32,000 nt of DNA from Synechocystis sp. PCC 6803 substr. PCC-P (GTDB taxonomy: Bacteria; Cyanobacteriota; Cyanobacteriia; Cyanobacteriales; Microcystaceae), in the NCBI RefSeq assembly GCF_000284455.1, contig NC_017039.1, positions 570,001-602,000 of the forward strand, read 5' to 3'. Below, in pieces: positions 26,600-32,000 of the stretch. A program made the translations under genes and the position numbers. A model generated the notes under the pieces. The model searched no databases, was not told where the DNA came from, and saw nothing but the letters and a program-made list of their open reading frames with translations. Every line of letters starts with the position of its first letter. Position 1 is the stretch's first letter.

Positions 26600-27349
26600 T
26601 TGGCTCTTCCCCTATTGAACTACGCCCCCAAAAGTCAAAATGTGAGGGTAGAAGGTTATGAAATTGGCTCTGAAGAGAAGCCTGTTGTTTTCACCACGGA
26701 AAACATCCTCTCCAGCAGCGATATGGATAACCTAATCGAGGCGGCCTATCGTCAAATCTTTTTCCATGCGTTTAAGTGGGACCGAGAAAAAGTCCTTGAG
26801 TCCCAACTGCGTAACGGCCAAATTACTGTACGAGATTTTGTGCGGGGCTTGTTGCTTTCCAACACCTTCCGCAATAGCTTCTACGAAAAGAATAGTAACT
26901 ACCGCTTCGTTGAGCACTGTGTACAGAAGATTTTAGGGCGGGACGTTTACAGCGAACGGGAAAAAATTGCTTGGTCCATTGTGGTCGCGACCAAGGGCTA
27001 TCAAGGATTAATTGACGATTTGCTCAACAGCGACGAGTACCTCAATAACTTTGGCTATGACACGGTGCCCTACCAACGTCGTCGCAACCTTCCCGGTCGG
27101 GAAGCGGGTGAATTGCCCTTTAACATCAAATCTCCCCGGTACGATGCCTACCACCGTCGCCAATTGGGCTTCCCCCAAATCGTTTGGCAGAACGAAGTGC
27201 GTCGCTTTATTCCCCAGGAGAAAAAGCTCACCGCTGGCAATCCGATGAACTTCTTGGGCATGGCCCGCAGTATCAACCCTGCCGCCAACACCATTCCCAA
27301 GGTTTCCGCCCAAAATATCAACATCGAAGCTTCTGTGCCCCGTCGCTAG
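26600..27349 (+). CDS. cpcG1: Phycobilisome rod-core linker polypeptide CpcG1
   Basis: 249 aa. The conserved CpcG N-terminus (M)[20 protein letters not shown] and the PBS-linker domain ([11 protein letters not shown]...[27 protein letters not shown]...). The start codon is TTG, preceded by GGAGG (26588-26592). Confidence 0.93.
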
Positions 27350-27391
27350 GCACTAAGGTCAGAGGGTTGAAGGATTAGTGCATTCCTAGCG
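27344..27391 (+). other. Extended stem-loop overlapping the cpcG1 stop codon
   Basis: CGCTAGGCACTAA (27344-27356) pairs with TTAGTGC (27375-27381) and CTAGCG (27386-27391). This gives 7 + 6 bp with a 4-nt bulge, an 18-nt loop and no T-tract. Confidence 0.45.
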
Positions 27392-27453
27392 TGGATAGTT
27401 ACTGATTTTTCCGTCCTGAAAATTAAACTGAAAAATCAAATAATTGTTTCGCT

Positions 27454-27480
27454 GGGACTGTTTGCTAGTCCCTTTTTTTT
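27454..27480 (+). terminator. Rho-independent terminator downstream of cpcG1
   Basis: GGGACT (27454-27459), 7-nt loop, AGTCCC (27467-27472), then T8 (27473-27480). Confidence 0.7.
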
Positions 27481-27692
27481 GGCTATTTTTGGGGCGAGGA
27501 TCTGAGTATAAATACTTGATTGAACTATGACGGGAGAGCAATTTAGCGGAAATTGTGAAGTCTTCTAACAATTATGGAACCTCTGCCCATAATCCCAGAC
27601 TAAAAACCTATACTTGCCCCCAATACCAACTCCTCACCGAACCTAGGGCTTGATGTTGGTTGAGGTAGTAATTTCCCCAGAGTGGAGTCCCC

Positions 27693-28589
27693 ATGATTGC
27701 CCCTATTTGCCGTGCTCTGCGTTCCCGTCTTCCCCTCGCCGCTATGCTGATGATTGCCGCCACTGCTACCCCCGCCTTAGCGAATTCCCCCCTCGCCGCC
27801 AATTTAACTCCGAATCAACCCCAACCTTTACTGTTGGATGGCGTTCAACTCTTTGCTCCGGTGGGGATTCCCGATGATGATTTTTTGCTTAATGTGACTG
27901 ATACCCGGGAGGTGGATCCCTTAGACAGTCCTTATCCAGTGCCATGGAGTTGGATTGTACGTACCCAGCAGGATTACGCCGAACAACAACAATCAGGGTT
28001 GCGCTACTACCGCAGTCCGGCTTTGGTGTCTCCCTCTGGACAGTATGCAGCTTACAGTCGCATTGAAGTGCGGGCGGAACCCAATTCCTACGAGTCCAAA
28101 GTGTTGGGGGTAATGTTCATTGAAAATTTAGCTACGGGCAAGCTGCAGGTAGTGCGGGCAAACTCCCCCATTGCCAGCTATTTGCAAAGGGTAGGGGAAG
28201 ATAGCCCAGAAATGGCCGGGGTAATTTCGATTCTTTTGCCAGCTTCTTGGTCCGAGGACGGCGATCGCCTGTTGGCCCGGCAAATGGAAGGGGCATTTAA
28301 TTCTTCTGACATTAGTGATTATGGCGTTGTTTGGCAAAAAGGTTCCATCCGTACCCTTAGTGCCATGCCCCAGAACACCACGGAATCCAGCGCAACTCTC
28401 TTGGGTTGGCATGAGAACAATCCCAGTCAGGTACTTTTTCAAGTAAGCCATTTTGACCAAGAAGAGGATGAAAATTCTTTGGTCAGCGTCGCTTTAGATG
28501 GGGAAGTTCAACCAGCGAAAGCTCCTACAGTCATTGCCTACGGGAAACGGATCAGCCGCAGTTGGAGCGGTGTACAATCCATGCGCTAG
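27693..28589 (+). CDS. Secreted hypothetical protein
   Basis: 298 aa with a signal peptide (LPLAAMLMIAATATPALA-NS). The remainder is beta-rich and no family was recognised. Confidence 0.65.
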   Translation: MIAPICRALRSRLPLAAMLMIAATATPALANSPLAANLTPNQPQPLLLDGVQLFAPVGIPDDDFLLNVTDTREVDPLDSPYPVPWSWIVRTQQDYAEQQQSGLRYYRSPALVSPSGQYAAYSRIEVRAEPNSYESKVLGVMFIENLATGKLQVVRANSPIASYLQRVGEDSPEMAGVISILLPASWSEDGDRLLARQMEGAFNSSDISDYGVVWQKGSIRTLSAMPQNTTESSATLLGWHENNPSQVLFQVSHFDQEEDENSLVSVALDGEVQPAKAPTVIAYGKRISRSWSGVQSMR

Positions 28590-29032
28590 GAAAGAGCACC
28601 GGGGTGGTGGTCTGGAGGCTGGAAAAGCTCAAAGGCTTGGCGGGTGAATTGGCGTAGTTTTTCCCCAATGTCCTGGGCGGGGAGATATTTACCCACCACC
28701 TGCCAGTTGTCCACCGTAGAAAGTCTCCAGGCTTGCCCTTGGTGATTGATACCGACGGTTTCGATGCCAATAATTTTTGGGGATTTTTCCGTGGGATCAG
28801 GATGGAAGCGAATTTGCACCAGAATACTGCGGCTCTGGTAACGGGGACTCCAACCCGGTAAATGGAAACCAATGTCAATGGAGTGGGGGTCCACCTGGGC
28901 TTGGGTCTGGCGATCGCCTTGCCAAGGAGCAAGGTCAGCCCTAGCGTCGGGAAATTGAGCCTTAAAGAGGTTCACCACGGCGGCGATTTTGGTAGTAGTA
29001 GCGAGTCCAATGGCTTGTTCTGCCGCATTCAT
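28586..29032 (-). CDS. Hypothetical protein (148 aa)
   Basis: ORF with coding-like composition and an internal HIP1 site. ATG 29032 (MNAAEQAIGL...) is preferred over the track's TTG 29038. Its stop overlaps the stop of the convergent gene. Confidence 0.55.
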   Translation of the reverse strand: MNAAEQAIGLATTTKIAAVVNLFKAQFPDARADLAPWQGDRQTQAQVDPHSIDIGFHLPGWSPRYQSRSILVQIRFHPDPTEKSPKIIGIETVGINHQGQAWRLSTVDNWQVVGKYLPAQDIGEKLRQFTRQAFELFQPPDHHPGALS

Positions 29033-29163
29033 TGGCAATGTCTCCTGCTGGAAGGGTAACCGTTGGCCAGGACAGGATTATGGTTAGCCTGGCGGTGGGG
29101 GATGGGCACAGGAAATGGGACAATTAATGGCCCAGAATTGATTCCATAGGATAGCAAACCTCC

Positions 29164-30015
29164 GTGAAAATTTCCGAACAGACCCTTGAGGTGGGACAGT
29201 TCCACTGGTTTTACCGCCAGATTCAGCCGCCCCAGCCCACTAACAATCCCCCTGTTATGCTGCTCCATGGTTTACCGAGTCAGAGTTTATGTTGGACTGG
29301 GGTAATGCCTCTGTTAGCGGAAAAGGGGTTAACGGCGATCGCCCCGGATTGGTTGGGGTTTGGCTTTTCGGACATCTTGGATAAACGGGATTTTGCTTAT
29401 ACTACGGCGGCCTATGAACAGGCTTTGGGGGAATTTTTTCAGTCTTTAGAATTGGCAAAAATATTCTTAGTAGTGCAAGGATTTTTAGCCACAGCGGGCA
29501 TCGAATACGCCCTCAATCACCCAGACCAGATTGAACGTTTAGCTATCCTAAATACCCCCGTTGTGCCGCCGGTGTCGTTACCTTGGCCCATGCGCCAATG
29601 GACCATTCCTTTGGTGGGGGATATGGTCACCCAAGATCCGCTAATTATCGACCGCACCTTGGAAGGGGGCAGTGGTTTTGTCATCAGTGACGAAAAACTC
29701 GACATTTACCGTAAACCGTGGCTAAAAACTTCCGCCGCCGGTCGGGCTTTAATGGCTGTCACTAAGAATTTGCCCACCACTAATGCTCTGACAAAAATTG
29801 GCGATCGCCTACGCACAGAATGGCAAAAACCCACCTGCTTTATCTGGGGAACGGCGGATAAATGGTTATCGGTGGAACCCATTGAACAGTTAGTCCAGGG
29901 AGTTAATCATCTAGAATTAATCAAATTATCGGAAGCAAAACACTATCCCCAAGAACATTTTCCCCAGGAAGTCGGGACAGCCCTACAGACCTTTTTCCGT
30001 AAACAAATTGCTTAA
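29164..30015 (+). CDS. Alpha/beta-hydrolase-fold protein (haloalkane-dehalogenase-like subfamily)
   Basis: 283 aa, GTG start. [13 protein letters not shown]..., [12 protein letters not shown], and C-terminal His in [10 protein letters not shown]. The nucleophile-elbow position reads [11 protein letters not shown] (29467-29499). Confidence 0.8.
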   Translation: MKISEQTLEVGQFHWFYRQIQPPQPTNNPPVMLLHGLPSQSLCWTGVMPLLAEKGLTAIAPDWLGFGFSDILDKRDFAYTTAAYEQALGEFFQSLELAKIFLVVQGFLATAGIEYALNHPDQIERLAILNTPVVPPVSLPWPMRQWTIPLVGDMVTQDPLIIDRTLEGGSGFVISDEKLDIYRKPWLKTSAAGRALMAVTKNLPTTNALTKIGDRLRTEWQKPTCFIWGTADKWLSVEPIEQLVQGVNHLELIKLSEAKHYPQEHFPQEVGTALQTFFRKQIA

Positions 30016-30935
30016 AAATCAAAGAACTTTTGCCGGGGGTTAAAGGTTTCCTTTTCCCGAATTCTACGGTAAAGCTCCAATTCCTCTGGGCTGGGTTCCG
30101 GGGGAATTTCCACCCGAATTTCCACTAACTGGTCTCCCCGATCGCCTTGGTTGTTGGGAAAGCCCTTTTTGGCCAAACGTAGTTTTTGACCATTTTTTAA
30201 ACCCGCTGGCACAGTCATTTTCACCAGGCCGTCAATGGTCATCACCTCAATAGCGCCCCCCAAAATGGCTTCACTGGGAGTTACGGGCACCTGGCAAGCA
30301 ATGTCCGTCCCCTGGAGAGTAAATAACGGGTGGGGAGAAAGGTTGATTTTTAGATATAGATCGCCCCCATTAATGCCCTGTTGCTTGAGGCGAATCCGTT
30401 GCCCATCCCCCATGCCCCCAGGCATTTCCACCTCCAAAGAACGGCCATCTTCCAAACGAATTCTTTCCTTGCCTCCCCGGTAGGCTTTTTCCAACGGCAG
30501 GGTCAAATTGGCTTCCACATCCCTGGGCACAGGGCGGGCGGGGGACACCACTTTCGTGCGTCTAGTTTCACTAAAATCTTGCCATGACTGCGCCGGCTGA
30601 CGGGTTCCAGTGCGCCCAGTGGGGGTACGAACTTGGCCATTGACACTTGTTCCGTTAGGCGATCGCCCACCGTTACTATTGGGGCTAAAACGACTGGTGG
30701 GGGGACGGCGGAATCGGCCAAATAAACGACTATCTAATTCCCGGCGCTTGGTTTCATCGGAAAGGACATCGTAGGCTTCGTTAATATCTTTAAATTTCTC
30801 TTCCGCTGTTTTATCGTTGGGGTTAACATCAGGATGATACTGACGAGCTAGCTTCCGAAAAGACTTTTTAATCTCTTCAGCAGTGGCATTGCGGGGAACT
30901 CCCAAAATTTGATAATAATTCCGCACTTGTTCCAT
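30012..30935 (-). CDS. dnaJ: DnaJ-family co-chaperone (J-domain plus DnaJ C-terminal domains, no zinc finger)
   Basis: The J-domain [34 protein letters not shown] has an HPD motif. The C-terminal substrate-binding domains ([18 protein letters not shown]..., [14 protein letters not shown]..., [12 protein letters not shown]) are present. No CxxCxGxG repeats. Confidence 0.9.
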   Translation of the reverse strand: MEQVRNYYQILGVPRNATAEEIKKSFRKLARQYHPDVNPNDKTAEEKFKDINEAYDVLSDETKRRELDSRLFGRFRRPPTSRFSPNSNGGRSPNGTSVNGQVRTPTGRTGTRQPAQSWQDFSETRRTKVVSPARPVPRDVEANLTLPLEKAYRGGKERIRLEDGRSLEVEMPGGMGDGQRIRLKQQGINGGDLYLKINLSPHPLFTLQGTDIACQVPVTPSEAILGGAIEVMTIDGLVKMTVPAGLKNGQKLRLAKKGFPNNQGDRGDQLVEIRVEIPPEPSPEELELYRRIREKETFNPRQKFFDF

Positions 30936-31043
30936 AGGGTTGCCAGAAAATACTCGCTCAATCCACTCAAACTAACTCAGGTCGAGGTTACAGGGGTAAA
31001 TCATCAACGGTTTTTACCGTCTTTGGTCAACGAACTTTTGACA

Positions 31044-32000
31044 TTAGAACCAATCATCATCGTCATCATCCCAACCGTTTTGTAATGGGGCATTGCGACC
31101 GGGCTGGGCAGGCCGTTCCCCATAGCGGCCATTGCCTCCCCGACCAGAACGACTGGGGGCATTTTCCCGATAATCGTAATCCTTCTGGCGATCGCCTCTA
31201 GAGTAATCATCCTGGGGGCTAGAACGGCGATCGTCGTAGGTACCCCCTAAACTCTCTCCTTGGTAAGGTCGTTGTCTGGTGACCCTGGACTGGTCCCAAT
31301 CAGCATAGGCGGTGGAACGGTAATCTTTGCTCAAGGAAGGGCCCCGGCCAGCGCCAGCCCTGGGCATGGGTGCCTCTCGACGGGAAGGGGCGTTGTAGTT
31401 GTAATCGTCATAGCGACCGTAGTCATTACCTCCCCGATAATCATCCCTGGGAGCAGGGCGACGGTTGTAGTAATCATCATCGTCATCGAAATCGCCAGTG
31501 AAGGTTTTCTTAATCGCTTCGAAAAAGCCTTCTTCCTTGTCGTCATACTGCAGACGCACTTCCCGATTTAACTCGTACAACACATCCTGCAAATCTGCCT
31601 GGGCCCGGTCTAACCGACGCTCATCATCTTTTTCCAGACTGTCTAAAATTTCACTGCACAACGCATCCACTTGACGACGGTAGGACACGGTGAACGCACT
31701 GCCGAAATCCAGGGTAACTTCCTTGAGCCGCCGCTGAGCCTGATCCGTTAATGCCTTAGCACTGTTGCGTTTTTCAATGCGTTCCCGCCGTTCCCGGTCC
31801 TGGGCGGCAAAGGTTTCTGCTTCTTGGATCATGCGATTGACTTCCCCTTCACTGAGGATGGAAGCCCCTTGGACTGTAATGCTTTGCTCCCGGCCGGTGG
31901 TTTTGTCCCTCGCTGTCACCTGCAAAATACCGTTAGCGTCAATGTCGAAGGAAACCTGCACCTGGGGCACTCCCCTGGGAGCCGGCGGAATACCGCTCAG
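31044..32000 (-). CDS. dnaK: Hsp70 chaperone DnaK, C-terminal part (5' end beyond the window), with a long atypical tail
   Basis: The frame is open to base 32000 (LSGIPPAPRGVPQVQVSFDIDANGILQVTARDKTTGREQSITV..., the Hsp70 substrate-binding domain). The 'M' at 31970 is an internal GTG. The C-terminal roughly 150 aa are D/Y/R/G-rich and end in WDDDDDDWF. From memory this matches the third DnaK paralog (DnaK3) of Synechocystis. Confidence 0.92.
   Translation of the reverse strand: MSGIPPAPRGVPQVQVSFDIDANGILQVTARDKTTGREQSITVQGASILSEGEVNRMIQEAETFAAQDRERRERIEKRNSAKALTDQAQRRLKEVTLDFGSAFTVSYRRQVDALCSEILDSLEKDDERRLDRAQADLQDVLYELNREVRLQYDDKEEGFFEAIKKTFTGDFDDDDDYYNRRPAPRDDYRGGNDYGRYDDYNYNAPSRREAPMPRAGAGRGPSLSKDYRSTAYADWDQSRVTRQRPYQGESLGGTYDDRRSSPQDDYSRGDRQKDYDYRENAPSRSGRGGNGRYGERPAQPGRNAPLQNGWDDDDDDWF

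Noticed and set aside
27386-27877. ORFs 27386-27571 (-), 27608-27802 (-) and 27650-27877 (+)
   Set aside because: The first lies in the AT-rich cpcG1 3' region and spans the terminator. The others overlap the start of the 298-aa secreted protein in other frames. None has a supporting motif or ribosome-binding site.
31260-31571. ORFs 31260-31571 (+) and 31331-31546 (-, alternative frame) within the dnaK tail
   Set aside because: They are products of the repetitive GAT/GAC/TAC-rich tail sequence read in other frames (runs of V/I/T), so they are low-complexity artefacts.

Overview
This window reads as a chromosomal segment of a unicellular cyanobacterium, almost certainly Synechocystis sp. PCC 6803. 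I recognised it from memory of the protein sequences and from about 29 copies of the HIP1 octamer GCGATCGC; no database was consulted. Gene order, left to right: ycf48 (5'-truncated by the window edge), psbE-psbF-psbL-psbJ (three of these are under 60 aa and absent from the ORF track), and proB. An AT-rich insertion-sequence patch follows, with two transposase N-terminal remnants and one apparently intact IS4-family element of about 1.17 kb. Next come a coiled-coil hypothetical gene and a Uma2 (DUF820) nuclease-fold gene. On the minus strand there is a GyrA/ParC-family paralog followed by a Pro-rich membrane protein whose C-terminus looks PilP/GspC-HR-like. Then come a CheY-type receiver and a membrane-anchored MtfA/M90-like peptidase, a PPC-domain secreted protein, a conserved hypothetical and a second Uma2 gene. 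The zur gene sits divergent from znuA-znuC-znuB with a clear Zur-box palindrome. After a MITE-like foldback element and a decayed 5' gene duplicate there is a 1965-aa giant protein with ten near-identical 306-bp cadherin-type repeats. The remainder holds phoH, a TPR protein, cpcS, cpcG1, two hypotheticals, an alpha/beta-hydrolase-fold gene, and dnaJ plus the 3' part of a dnaK with a long D/Y/R/G-rich tail. No tRNA, rRNA or CRISPR array was seen. The candidates I consider most worth follow-up are: (1) the giant cadherin-repeat locus, which has no visible export signal, an exact 305-bp internal duplication and a decayed upstream copy of its N-terminal module; (2) the Pro-rich membrane protein with a PilP/GspC-HR-like C-terminal domain; (3) the divergent GyrA/ParC paralog with a roughly 117-aa acidic/Pro-rich insert; (4) the IS-flanked coiled-coil plus Uma2 pair. 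All family assignments come from reading the translations by eye. Locus identities are recollection, and no composition statistics were computed.
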